A stretch of DNA of 46,730 nucleotides, filler included, from Candidatus Latescibacterota bacterium (lineage in GTDB: Bacteria > Latescibacterota > UBA2968 > UBA8231), in NCBI GenBank assembly GCA_965219385.1. It is 2 parts of one record of this genome, joined end to end, with 100 filler letters (N's around TTAATTAATTAA, not from the genome) between each part and the next. Parts side by side here need not be neighbours in the genome. Positions count along the whole stretch, not along the records: positions 1 to 28,975 come from CBDCNM010000001.1; 1 more part is not named here. One strand, 5' to 3'. Below are positions 16,610 through 25,897 of the stretch, in pieces (position 1 is the stretch's first letter; each line of letters opens with the position of its first letter). The notes below the pieces were generated by a model. That model was given only the letters and a program-made list of their open reading frames with translations. It searched no databases and was not told the origin of the DNA. Both the position numbers and the translations under genes were made by a program.

Positions 16610-17239
16610 CTATAAATCGATTGCCTCCTCTAGATCCTTCAATATTTTCTCTTCTTTTTCTCCCCGGATGACCCCTATAAGCAAATTCTCAAACCTACCG
16701 TTTGAGAAACAACGCACGGGCCGGTCCAGATCGAGATCGAGAATCCCTCCCTCCATCGGCTTTCCAGAAGAAGTAGAATCAAAAATAGCCGTAGTAGGCT
16801 TCCGAGCATAAGCCCAGCTATTTATAATTACCCGAGCACCTTCAGTGGATGCCCTCACCACTACATTAAATTTAAACCTGTAATCGTAAAAGCCATAGTG
16901 GGCGATCTTTTGGGGCTTTTTCTTGCCGTCCGCACGATAGGTTTTTAGGACCCCACAATCCATCAAAATCGCCGCTTCTAATGAAGTAAGCCAGCCAACT
17001 TGAATAAATCCACTCGGCTTGTCCAGCAGGTTGATGGGGTAGTCCAGGTGGGCCAATAGTTCAATAATCGAAGCCCAGGTCTGGTCAAAAGATTGATCCT
17101 CTATCAGAAACGATGAATCGATCGAACCTTCAAGGGGCGGATGATATATCCTATAGGAAGTGCAAGCCGATACAGCCACGCTTATCGCCCACCCCACCAG
17201 CATATATCCAGCAAGCTTAAAAAGTCCAAATCGTCCCAT
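16610..17239 (-). CDS. Hypothetical lipoprotein
   Basis: GAGGTG SD; signal peptide ending VSAC; 209-aa ORF. Confidence 0.7.
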   Translation of the reverse strand: MGRFGLFKLAGYMLVGWAISVAVSACTSYRIYHPPLEGSIDSSFLIEDQSFDQTWASIIELLAHLDYPINLLDKPSGFIQVGWLTSLEAAILMDCGVLKTYRADGKKKPQKIAHYGFYDYRFKFNVVVRASTEGARVIINSWAYARKPTTAIFDSTSSGKPMEGGILDLDLDRPVRCFSNGRFENLLIGVIRGEKEEKILKDLEEAIDL

Positions 17240-17442
17240 ATTGCACCTCTCTTTTGAGGATGTATCAAGGATGCCGGCCTGGAAGCCATTGGCGTTTCAC
17301 CTGCCCCCAGTTCGTCTGATCAACGGCGCCGAGGTGGATATAAAGGTAGCCCGACTCCCATTTCTTGCAAGGCATTATTCCTCCGCCGAAAAGCTGGCCA
17401 CCAGGATATCCTTTGAAGCTTTGCGAAGTTCCCATATTCTTA

Positions 17443-18891
17443 GCTCGATTTTATCCAAACGCGCATGGCAGGAGGCCGGTATCCTCCGTACTGTTGATGG
17501 TATCCAAGCATCGACAGCCCAGGAGAAACCGATGAGCCCCCTGCCGAAAGATATAATAACGATTTTGTCGCCCTTTGCCCCCCTTTTTTCGAGCCGCGTT
17601 TGGCCGCAGGCTCAGACGCTGTTGGTCGGGGCGCTGTTAGCCCCGGGTAAACGCACGGTCAGCGCCGTGTTGGAGGTGTTGGGCTTGAGCCAACAGCCTA
17701 CCTTTCAAACCTACCACCGGATCCTCAACCGCTGTGTGTGGTCGCCCCTGGCCGGCAGTAAGCTACTCCTCCAGGCGTTGGTGGCCGCCTTTGCCCCCCA
17801 CGGGCCCCTGGTCCTGGGCCTGGATGAGACCATCGAGCGGCGCCGGGGCGCCCAGATTGGGGCCCGAGGCATCTACCGGGATCCCGTCCGCTCGAGTGGG
17901 CCCCACCTGGTCAAGGCTAGCGGCTTGCGCTGGCTGTCGTTGATGCTGGTAGCGCCTATCCCTTGGGCGGATCGAAGTTGGGCCTTACCCTTTATGAGTG
18001 TGCTGTGTCCGTCGGCCCGCTACTATACTCAGCGCCAGCGCACCCCCCTCACCCTGTTGCAACGGGGGCAGACTATGCTCAAGCTGGTAGCGCGCTGGCT
18101 GCCCACCCGCCGGCTGGTCGTGGTCGCCGATAGCACCTTCTCCGCCTTGGCCTTTCTCGACGCGGTTCGGCCCCACGTGGGGCTGATTACCCGCTTGCGG
18201 TTGGATGCGGCCCTGTATGACCCACCACCAACCCGCACGCCGCACACGCGGGGACGCCCCCGCGGCAAAGGCGCCCGGCAGCCCACCCTCCAGCAGCACC
18301 TGAACGATCCGACTACCCCTTGGCACCCCCTCACCCTGGACCGGTGGTATGCCGCCGGCCCCTATACAGTGGAAACCTACAGCCAAACGGCGCTGTGGTA
18401 TCACACTGGCTTGCCCGCCGTGCCCCTCCGCTGGCTGCTGATCCGAGACCCGGCCGGCCGCTTCGCGCCCCAAGCCTTGCTCTCGACCGATGTGCGTCTG
18501 TCCCCTCGGCAAATGCTGACCTATTTTCTCCAACGCTGGTCGGTAGAAACTACCTTTGAGGAAGCCCGCGCCCATCTGGGCATGGAAACCCAACGCCAAT
18601 GGAATGAGCGGGCCATTGCCCGGACCACGCCGGTCATCTTGGCCTTGTTTAGTCTGGTCGCCCTCATCGCCAATCGGCTGGCCCCCAAAAGCGCCTCCCC
18701 CTGCCATGCCACGGCCTGGTATGGCAAACGAAAACCCACCTTTTCCGATGCCGTGGCCTGGGTCCGACAACGGCTCTGGCAGGCTTTTTCCAACCTGCCC
18801 AACCAACACGACCTGATAAAAATCCCTCGAAGCCTACTCAACCGCTTGATACACACCGTCTCGTACGCTACATAAATGGATAAAGTCGAGC
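17443..18891 (+). mobile_element. IS701-family-like insertion sequence
   Basis: TIRs GCTCGATTTTATCCA / TGGATAAAGTCGAGC; TA on both flanks; single transposase ORF. Confidence 0.88.
17532..18875 (+). CDS. DDE transposase (IS701-like)
   Basis: LGLDETIERR, VVADSTF, RWSVETTFEEAR catalytic D-D-E; AGGAG SD. Confidence 0.92.
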   Translation: MSPLPKDIITILSPFAPLFSSRVWPQAQTLLVGALLAPGKRTVSAVLEVLGLSQQPTFQTYHRILNRCVWSPLAGSKLLLQALVAAFAPHGPLVLGLDETIERRRGAQIGARGIYRDPVRSSGPHLVKASGLRWLSLMLVAPIPWADRSWALPFMSVLCPSARYYTQRQRTPLTLLQRGQTMLKLVARWLPTRRLVVVADSTFSALAFLDAVRPHVGLITRLRLDAALYDPPPTRTPHTRGRPRGKGARQPTLQQHLNDPTTPWHPLTLDRWYAAGPYTVETYSQTALWYHTGLPAVPLRWLLIRDPAGRFAPQALLSTDVRLSPRQMLTYFLQRWSVETTFEEARAHLGMETQRQWNERAIARTTPVILALFSLVALIANRLAPKSASPCHATAWYGKRKPTFSDAVAWVRQRLWQAFSNLPNQHDLIKIPRSLLNRLIHTVSYAT

Positions 18892-18894
18892 TAA

Positions 18895-19036
18895 GAAAGC
18901 TGTTGAGTTATTCGGAATACTCTGCAAAAAAGAGCTGGTTTCAGCCGTATAAGCCCCATTTTGCAGGTCCGCCGGGTACTGAAATCCCCGTAAAATCGCC
19001 CGATTCTACGGATATTCGTTTTAGCTCAACAGCTTC
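18895..19036. mobile_element. MITE copy 2 (142 bp)
   Basis: Same orientation as copy 1; differs by two single-base insertions and one substitution; left flank TAA, right flank TTG. Confidence 0.85.
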
Positions 19037-19247
19037 TTGCTGGACCTCGGGGGTCATACCCAGAAGATGGCTTTTGAGACGGATCGGACTCAGCTAATTC
19101 AGTTTGCCAAGGCTCTTCTTCGTGAGTTGGATCCGGGCGTAAATGATTTGATTCTGAAAGAATTGAAGGAGCTTCGCCCCTAGCCATCCGGTGGGTTTGC
19201 TTCTTTTCAACCTGCCCCAAGATTATCTTACGTAACCATAGCAACAT
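19026..19247 (-). CDS. Hypothetical protein, probably truncated by MITE copy 2
   Basis: GAAAGGAAGG SD; ends RSC-stop inside the MITE terminal repeat. Confidence 0.4.
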   Translation of the reverse strand: MLLWLRKIILGQVEKKQTHRMARGEAPSILSESNHLRPDPTHEEEPWQTELAESDPSQKPSSGYDPRGPARSC

Positions 19248-19289
19248 GTGTGCCTTCCTTTCGTGAAGGGGGTGTTTTGTTCAAAGTAG

Positions 19290-19667
19290 CCCAGGACCGA
19301 CTCTCCCAGTTTCAAAATTCTTCAGAACATCCCAAAGGCAACCATTCCCCTGGCTTTAACACAAAAGCTGTATCTTGAATATGAATCGGTCTTAACAAGA
19401 AAAAGCATCCTCAAATTAATAGGTGCCAGTAAAGAAGAAATTGGGTTTATCCTGGACGCATTGCTGGCACTTGCCTATCGATCTGAAGTATTTTATTTAT
19501 GGCGTTCAAACCTGCCTGATGAAGAAGACAATTTTGTATTAGAAGCGGCTGTTGCAACCAACGCTTTGGTGGTGACTAAAAATATCACAGACTTTCGAAG
19601 GGGTGAGTTGAAATTTCCAGACTTTGTAGTTTTGACTTCCCAACAGTTCTGTGACCTGTATCTATAG
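19290..19667 (+). pseudogene. PIN-domain toxin (PIN_3-like), N-terminally truncated
   Basis: SPSFKILQ..LYLEYESVL..LPDEEDNFVLEAAV..VVTKNITDF; first LDTN motif missing, in-frame TAG at 19287. Confidence 0.78.
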
Positions 19668-19683
19668 CCGATGGAGACAGACC

Positions 19684-19953
19684 ATGAGCGCGATTTCTGT
19701 ACGATTGCCAGACGAACTAAAGGACAAAGCGATGCGGCTGGCGAAAAAGAAAAATATGTCTTTTAATGGTTTGGTAAACTATTGGCTTCAAGCTGCTGTC
19801 CAACAGGATGAAACCCTCGAGTGGATGAAAAGCCGTCTGAGTGGAAGAAATCCTGATATCGTGATCGCTAAATTCGGAGCTTTCCTAGAAAAAACGCAGC
19901 CTGGGGATGAGCCAACTCTGGATGAAATTCAGCAGGCGGTGAAAGAGCGGTGA
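19684..19953 (+). CDS. Ribbon-helix-helix antitoxin-like protein
   Basis: MSAISVRLPDELKDKAMRLAKKKNMSFN; GGAG SD; follows PIN gene. Confidence 0.8.
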   Translation: MSAISVRLPDELKDKAMRLAKKKNMSFNGLVNYWLQAAVQQDETLEWMKSRLSGRNPDIVIAKFGAFLEKTQPGDEPTLDEIQQAVKER

Positions 19954-20001
19954 GTTCCCAAAGCCAGGACGAGACTAATAGCCAATAGTACAGTAGTGTG
20001 A

Positions 20002-20136
20002 GCAGCGCATACCGGCGACCCCTTCACATTCGGGCTGTCGTTCAGCGAGCCGGTGGCGACCAGCTACCGGGTGCTGCGCGACCAGGCGCTGAGCGTCGGC
20101 AACGGCACCGCCCGCAGGTGCCGCCGCGTGGACGGC
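20002..20136 (+). pseudogene. Scrap of an Ig-like surface-protein domain
   Basis: HTGDPFTFGLSFSEPVATSYRVLRDQALSVGNGTARRCRRVDG; high-GC patch in lower-GC DNA; no start. Confidence 0.5.
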
Positions 20137-20484
20137 TACGGCCGATTCCGTCCTCGCGAAGATCAAGAGACTTTGTGACCGAATCTCTGCGACGCAACGC
20201 TAGCATCCATAGCCTTAGATTTCTGGTTAAAAGTTTCTTATCTTGGTTCCCGTCAACCCGTAAGATTCCGTATGTCGGGTGGCCTGCTGAATACAAGAGC
20301 CGAAGTACAAAAGGGATTGGGTAGCTTAACGCCCTTTATTTGCCCTATTCGCTTTCGTCGATCGCGAGCTTCTGTCTCTGCTTCGTGGAACTCAATTCGC
20401 TTCGGATGTCACAGATTAGTAACTTGCCAACCTCGGTCCACGTACTCTCGGTCTGTAACGCCTTCAAACATAAGGAGGAAAGCA

Positions 20485-20979
20485 ATGAACGACACTCTCG
20501 GTGCCACGATCGTTATTCTTTGCGTCGCGATCTCTGGGTGTTCAGGTGACTCGCCAACAGGAGAAGCTCGCGATTTTGATGTTCTCACAGCCAGCGTCGA
20601 CGAACACGCCCGCGACGGCGGCGGCGAAAACGGTGGAGAGGCTGGAGAAGAGTCAGGTACTGCCCTGTCGCTGAACGAGACCTACGATAGTGTCAGAAAC
20701 GATGTTCGGCTGGTGATGTCCTACGACGCAGAAGACAATTCCTTTAACGGCACCGTGAAAAACACTACCGACGAGACCTTGCGAGCAGTACGAGTTGAGG
20801 TTCACCTGTCCAACGGCAAGGAGCTCGGTCCGACAACTCCAGTTGATCTTGGTCCCGGCATGGAACGAGAAGTGAAATTGGTGGCAACCAGCAAGGATTT
20901 TGACGCGTGGACCCCTCATCCAGAGGTAGGAGTGGGCGAGCATAGTGGACCTGACGGTGGGGACGAAGAACACGGTTAG
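20485..20979 (+). CDS. Hypothetical lipoprotein (FxLYD-like Ig fold)
   Basis: AAGGAGG SD; lipobox ISGC; GTVKNTT..LRAVRVEV..ELG..DLGPG. Confidence 0.75.
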   Translation: MNDTLGATIVILCVAISGCSGDSPTGEARDFDVLTASVDEHARDGGGENGGEAGEESGTALSLNETYDSVRNDVRLVMSYDAEDNSFNGTVKNTTDETLRAVRVEVHLSNGKELGPTTPVDLGPGMEREVKLVATSKDFDAWTPHPEVGVGEHSGPDGGDEEHG

Positions 20980-21108
20980 GACCAATGTCGTTGATACTAC
21001 TGGATTTTATGTGAAAGGCCGGCGAAGGGCGCGGGTAGATTTGCGTTCGCTGAGGACGATTCCTTTCCTTCCTATGTATATCGCCAAATATACATGGAAG
21101 GCCTTTTT

Positions 21109-21633
21109 ATGGAACCGTCCTCAGCGAACAATGAAACGCAATCCGGCGCCCCCCGCAAGGCCCGCAGTCTGTGTCTGCCCTTTGAGAGCGAAGCGGCCTA
21201 TGCTCGCTGCTTGGCGGATCGGGCATCCTATCGGAGCTATCTCATGGAGCAGTACCAGCGCCATCCTGAATTGTTTCCGTCCGAGTGGGCGGCCGGCTTT
21301 CACCTTCACGGGGGGGTGCATTCCAAAAAGCAAGGACTGTACCAACGCCGGGTCAAGCTCAAAAGCGATGGCACCGTGTACCAGATTCGCCCTTCCTTTA
21401 TCATGCCCTATATGATCGGTCGCACCGACGCGGTCGAAAAGTCGCTTTTTCTGAGACGCTGGGGGGTGCCCTTCGAAGCGATAGCCTATGTGTTCGGCCG
21501 CGATCCGATGTATTGGTATCGGGCCTATGTCTCCCTAGGGCGCCCTTCGGTGGTGGGCATCACGATCAAAGCGCCCGACGCTTGGCCCGCGCATCTGATC
21601 GCCGATGAAAAACATACCCGCTGTCGAGGGTAA
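21109..21633 (+). pseudogene. Truncated transposase, N-terminal half, family uncertain
   Basis: HPELFP..IRPSFIMPYM..WGVPF..HLIADEKHT then stop just after the first putative catalytic Asp. Confidence 0.65.
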
Positions 21634-21769
21634 AAAGGTGCTGTATAAAATGGGCCTTTTGTAAAGGGTGTGCAACTTCAGCAATTGCCATGCCACTTTT
21701 CCTCATCAAGCAATTAGCGTACCGTGCGCTATTCATAATGGGTCAAAACCGGGATTTTCGTATAGGCTC

Positions 21770-21799
21770 TTAAACATCGGGCGTGGTGGTAGCGTCTAA
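21770..21799 (+). promoter_or_regulatory. Putative ECF-sigma promoter
   Basis: TTAAAC-N17-CGTCTAA upstream of Spy/CpxP-like gene. Confidence 0.45.
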
Positions 21800-21849
21800 T
21801 CAGGTAGCAAGTCGCAGAAAACCACAAACGTCCAAAAGGAGGTTGACAA

Positions 21850-22500
21850 ATGAAAGTATGTCTTGGCCTACTCGTCGCTCTGATCCTCGGCATGGGGGTG
21901 ATGACCAGGATGGAGGCCGGGGAGGGAGAGGCGCGCAAAGGCCATATGAGGAAACGCCTGTGGTCCGCCCTGAACTTGAGTGAGACGCAACAGCAAGAAC
22001 TGCAGGCCCAGCGCGCGGAGTTCAAGCAGACCCTGCGGGACATCCGCGGCCAGGTAGAGGCCGGCAGCCTGACGCCGGAGGAGGGACGCGCCCAGGTGCA
22101 AACTACACGCCAGGCCCACGGGGCGGCCAGGGACGAAATCCTGACCGAGGAACAAAAGGCCCTGCTGGAAAGGACAAAGAAGCACATCAAAAAGCGCGCC
22201 GGACTGCTGAAGGCGCTCGATTTGAGCGCCGAGCAGGAGGCGCAGCTGCGGGAGTTGCGGCAGCAGTCCAGGGAACAGAGGCAGCAGTGGCGGGCCTCGG
22301 ACCAGCCTCCCAGCCCGGAAGAAAGGGAGCGGTTCCGCCGGGAGCACCGCGAGGCCTTCGAGGCCATCCTGACGGATGCGCAACGCGATGAACTGACAGC
22401 GCTCCGGCAGGCCCGGCACGACCGCCGCCGTGCAGGGGACCAGGAGCCTGGGAGCGGGGCCCTGGAAATCCTGGAGGACTTGCTGGAGGAGACCGAATAG
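21850..22500 (+). CDS. Spy/CpxP-like periplasmic protein (tandem LTxxQ)
   Basis: Signal peptide; LNLSETQQ, ILTEEQK, LDLSAEQE, ILTDAQR; AAGGAGG SD. Confidence 0.82.
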   Translation: MKVCLGLLVALILGMGVMTRMEAGEGEARKGHMRKRLWSALNLSETQQQELQAQRAEFKQTLRDIRGQVEAGSLTPEEGRAQVQTTRQAHGAARDEILTEEQKALLERTKKHIKKRAGLLKALDLSAEQEAQLRELRQQSREQRQQWRASDQPPSPEERERFRREHREAFEAILTDAQRDELTALRQARHDRRRAGDQEPGSGALEILEDLLEETE

Positions 22501-22510
22501 GACTTTTCAA

Positions 22511-22568
22511 CCAGCAGAATAAAAAAGCCGCATCCCAATACAGTGGGATGCGGCTTTTTTATTGCTGG
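22511..22568. terminator. Bidirectional rho-independent terminator
   Basis: AAAAAAGCCGCATCCCA..TGGGATGCGGCTTTTTT. Confidence 0.9.
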
Positions 22569-22643
22569 ACGAGGGTGAATGGTTTACTATGGTATGGTAG
22601 CAGGATTTACTGGGAATTCCTCTCAAGAAGAAAGGATCGGGAT

Positions 22644-23987
22644 ATGGCCCTGGAAGCCTGGATGCGCATAGGTCAGCCACTGGAAGCAGTGATGGAAGAT
22701 TACAAACGCATTTTCGATGCCTGGGAATCAGGGGGGATACGCGGACTGGTATTCGGCCGCCTGCTCTTTGCCGACGAGCAGGGAGCGTTCACGGTTCCGG
22801 CTTTTCCGAGCAAGATCGAAGCCTATCGGGACCGGGGTATGGAAGCAACAGAGCGTTCGGCACAGACCGATCCGGCCCGGGAGAAGCTGCTGCACACCAT
22901 GCTGGAGGACGCCAGGGGAAGAGGGTGGACGATCCTGATCTTCAGCCCCGGATCCGGCTGTACCGGGGCCCGGCCCTTGCCGGTGGAAGAGGATCCGTAC
23001 GGCGCCATCGCCCAGGCGGCGGCATGGGACGAGACCTTCTCGGCTTTTCCCGAGGTGGATGGGGGGTTGCCGGATGGGTGGACCGAGTCGGCCTACGAAC
23101 TGATCTACCACCACGGCAATGCTGTGTTCCGCGACATCTCCGAACAGACCAAGGCCCAGGCCACGGCCCGGGGCTACGACGCCGAACGGCTGGAGCGCGG
23201 CATGCTGCACCTGAAACAGCGCTTTCACAGCTTTACGCCGGCCATGGTGCGCTACTACGGGTCCCACGGGGTACTGGCGGAAATGAACCTCTTCGATATC
23301 AACGAAGACGCCCTCTACTGGCTGCGCTGGCGCCGGGAGGACGGCATCAAGACGGGCCAGGCCTTCCGCAGGGAACTGGACAAGCTACCGCGCCGCCTGC
23401 TGCTGGGCAATGGGCCGCGCTCGGCCGTGTTTTCGGGCATGACCGCCCTGGACTTTCACGCCTGGGATGAAATCGTGGACTTTCTCATGGTCAAGCACTA
23501 CTTCTGGCACCGGGGCTTCGACGGGTTCTACGGGACCGTGGCGCGCTGGGTCAAACAGATCCAGGAGTGGAATCCGGGTCTTTCCGAGCAGGATTGCTTC
23601 GCGGTGGTGCGAGCCTGGCTAGGGGTCGAGTTGCCCGAGGTGAACTGCCTGGCGGATATGGACCTGGGTTTTCCGCCGGCGTTTTTCGATCAGGTGGTGC
23701 AGGAGGAGACGCGGCGGGCCATCGCCGCGGTGAGCGATCCGCTCAAGATCGTGCCCTGGGTGGACACCGGGCGCATGCCGCACGCCGGGGACCCGATGAC
23801 CTCGGGCGATCTGCACCGGATCCTGACGGCTTCGGAAGAGGCGGGCCTGAAGCGCTTCCTGTTTCACAACCACCAGCACCTGACCGCGGCCGAGTGGTGC
23901 GTGATTTCGCGTTTGTGCGGCGCCGAGTGGGTGGAAGATAAGAATGGGTACTGGCCACCGAATACCCCCAAACCCACAACGCATTAA
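22644..23987 (+). CDS. Hypothetical protein, possibly glycoside-hydrolase-like TIM barrel
   Basis: 447-aa ORF, GC3-rich codons, AAAGGA SD; fold is a guess. Confidence 0.75.
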   Translation: MALEAWMRIGQPLEAVMEDYKRIFDAWESGGIRGLVFGRLLFADEQGAFTVPAFPSKIEAYRDRGMEATERSAQTDPAREKLLHTMLEDARGRGWTILIFSPGSGCTGARPLPVEEDPYGAIAQAAAWDETFSAFPEVDGGLPDGWTESAYELIYHHGNAVFRDISEQTKAQATARGYDAERLERGMLHLKQRFHSFTPAMVRYYGSHGVLAEMNLFDINEDALYWLRWRREDGIKTGQAFRRELDKLPRRLLLGNGPRSAVFSGMTALDFHAWDEIVDFLMVKHYFWHRGFDGFYGTVARWVKQIQEWNPGLSEQDCFAVVRAWLGVELPEVNCLADMDLGFPPAFFDQVVQEETRRAIAAVSDPLKIVPWVDTGRMPHAGDPMTSGDLHRILTASEEAGLKRFLFHNHQHLTAAEWCVISRLCGAEWVEDKNGYWPPNTPKPTTH

Positions 23988-24001
23988 CAGAAAGGACAGC
24001 C

Positions 24002-24706
24002 ATGACCACGCTGAAAATTCCAGTGCGCTGGTACGGCGGTGCCGGCTACTACAAGGACCAGCATGACGAAGACGGCAACTGCTACGGCGATCTGGAGCTG
24101 GAGCTGGAGCGCACCGCCTTCATGATCGTGGACAGCGACTGCGGTGAGGGCAACCCGTACGTGGAAGAGGGCATTGCCCCGGCCCTGGCCGCGGCCCGGC
24201 AGATCGGCATGAAGGTGATCTACATCCACAACGACTTTTCTCTTTGCGACGAGCCCGGCAGCATCAAGCGCGAGATCCACGGCACCCGCTGGGGCAACCC
24301 GGGGGCAAAGGACCGGCCGCCGCCTTCGCGCGCGCCGGTAAAACCCAACTACTCCCCTTCGATCCAGCCCCTGGCGCACGAGCCGGATTTTCCCAAACAC
24401 GAGTGGTCCGGCTTTCACAATACCCACGTGGACTACCACCTGCGCTGCTACGATATCAAGAACCTGGTGTCCGTGGGGTTCAGCCAGCGCTCGTGCCTTT
24501 ATTTCACCCTGGCCGGCGCCGTGGAACACAACTATCGGGTGGTCATGCTACGGGATTGCACCCATTCGGGGGAGTACCCCGACACCGCGGACGAGAGCCT
24601 GCCGGAAGGGGGCTGGCTGCGCAAGATCATGCTGCGCAACTTCGAGCACGTGATCGGCTGCACCTCTACCTCGGCCGAGTTTGCCAGGGCCTGCGAAAAT
24701 ATCTAG
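24002..24706 (+). CDS. Isochorismatase-family cysteine hydrolase
   Basis: TAFMIVD, FPKHEWSGF, GFSQRSCL (D-K-C triad), LRDCT. Confidence 0.85.
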   Translation: MTTLKIPVRWYGGAGYYKDQHDEDGNCYGDLELELERTAFMIVDSDCGEGNPYVEEGIAPALAAARQIGMKVIYIHNDFSLCDEPGSIKREIHGTRWGNPGAKDRPPPSRAPVKPNYSPSIQPLAHEPDFPKHEWSGFHNTHVDYHLRCYDIKNLVSVGFSQRSCLYFTLAGAVEHNYRVVMLRDCTHSGEYPDTADESLPEGGWLRKIMLRNFEHVIGCTSTSAEFARACENI

Positions 24707-24763
24707 TGCGGCACGGCAGGACTGTACCACCGGATTCCGCCGGGCGCGAAAGGTGACGGACTG

Positions 24764-25885
24764 ATGCGGGCCCGCGCCGGCATGGCCGCAAACATCGCAC
24801 TGGCTTCGGGAGCTTGTCTTTTCGCCCTGATCCTGGCCGAGCTTTTCCTGCCGGGCCTGCTCGAGCTGGAGAAGGTGACCCTCATCCACGATCCATTGCT
24901 CGGTTTCAAAGGGCGCAGTCGGCTGACGACCATCTGGAAAAGGGAGATGGATGGCAAGCCCAGGATCGTGAGGACGAATCTGTACGGGTTCCACGATTTT
25001 GAACGCGACCCCTGGAAAGAACCCGGCGTACACCGCATCGTCCTTCTTGGCGATTCATTCCTGGAAGCATATCAGGTTCCGATCGAGGAAAACTTCAGCC
25101 AACGACTCGGGGCGCGGCTCAACGAACGGGGCCGCGAAACCGGGCTTCGGGTCGACGCGTTGAATCAGGGCGTTCACGGCTATGGTCTGGGGGTACACTA
25201 TCTGTACGTGCGCGAGTGTCTGCTCGACTGGAACCCGGACAGCGTTGTTCTGGTTCTTTTTCTGGGGAACGACCTCCGCGATAACTTCGCGCCCGTCGCG
25301 GCAAGTACGGTGCCCCAATTCTACATGAAGGACGGCCTCTTACACTACTCGCCGGTGCCGGAATACAATCTGAAGATATGGCTTCGCGACAATATCCTCG
25401 CCCGTTCGACGATCATGAGACTCTTCTGGCTCCACCTGGTCAAGGAAAGCCCGCGGATAAAGAATCTGGTCCGGCGAATGGGCATGTTGAGCACACCGGA
25501 GGATCCCCCGGCCGACGATCCGGCGATCCTTGAGGATATGGCAGCCGTGGCCGAATGGCAACTCGCCGAGATCGCGCGATTTCTGGCCCAGCACGAAATC
25601 CCCTTGGTCACCTACGTCATTCCGGATCCCTTCAGGGTGCACACCTTCGTAAAGGAGGCGGGCCGGAACGCCGCCCTCCCTGAGTCACTTGCGGAACGGG
25701 TTGTCCTGTCTTCTCTCAAAGCTCGTGGTGTACCGTATATCTATCCCCGCGATATTTTTGCAGAGCGGATGGCCGCCGGCCAGATCATCTACCGAAACGG
25801 CGTCGGTCACTTCAGCAAATCAGGCCATATACTGTCCGCTGAGTTGTTGGAGCCGCTGGTGTGGGAACATGTGCAGCGCCGCTGA
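24764..25885 (+). CDS. SGNH/GDSL hydrolase-like membrane-anchored protein
   Basis: LLGDSF, NQGVHGYG, FLGND, GHFSKSGH. Confidence 0.85.
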   Translation: MRARAGMAANIALASGACLFALILAELFLPGLLELEKVTLIHDPLLGFKGRSRLTTIWKREMDGKPRIVRTNLYGFHDFERDPWKEPGVHRIVLLGDSFLEAYQVPIEENFSQRLGARLNERGRETGLRVDALNQGVHGYGLGVHYLYVRECLLDWNPDSVVLVLFLGNDLRDNFAPVAASTVPQFYMKDGLLHYSPVPEYNLKIWLRDNILARSTIMRLFWLHLVKESPRIKNLVRRMGMLSTPEDPPADDPAILEDMAAVAEWQLAEIARFLAQHEIPLVTYVIPDPFRVHTFVKEAGRNAALPESLAERVVLSSLKARGVPYIYPRDIFAERMAAGQIIYRNGVGHFSKSGHILSAELLEPLVWEHVQRR

Positions 25886-25897
25886 CCCCATCTTAAC

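Noticed and set aside
17160..17531. N-terminal extension of the 571-aa transposase ORF
   Set aside because: It crosses the IS left end; the SD-supported start is 17532.
15039..19036. Composite transposon bounded by the two MITEs
   Set aside because: Outer flanks differ (TAA vs TTG) and copy 1 has its own duplication, indicating independent insertions.
21636..21772. Possible second MITE ending TTTTCGTATAGGCTC-TTA
   Set aside because: The left end matches poorly and there is no second copy in the window.
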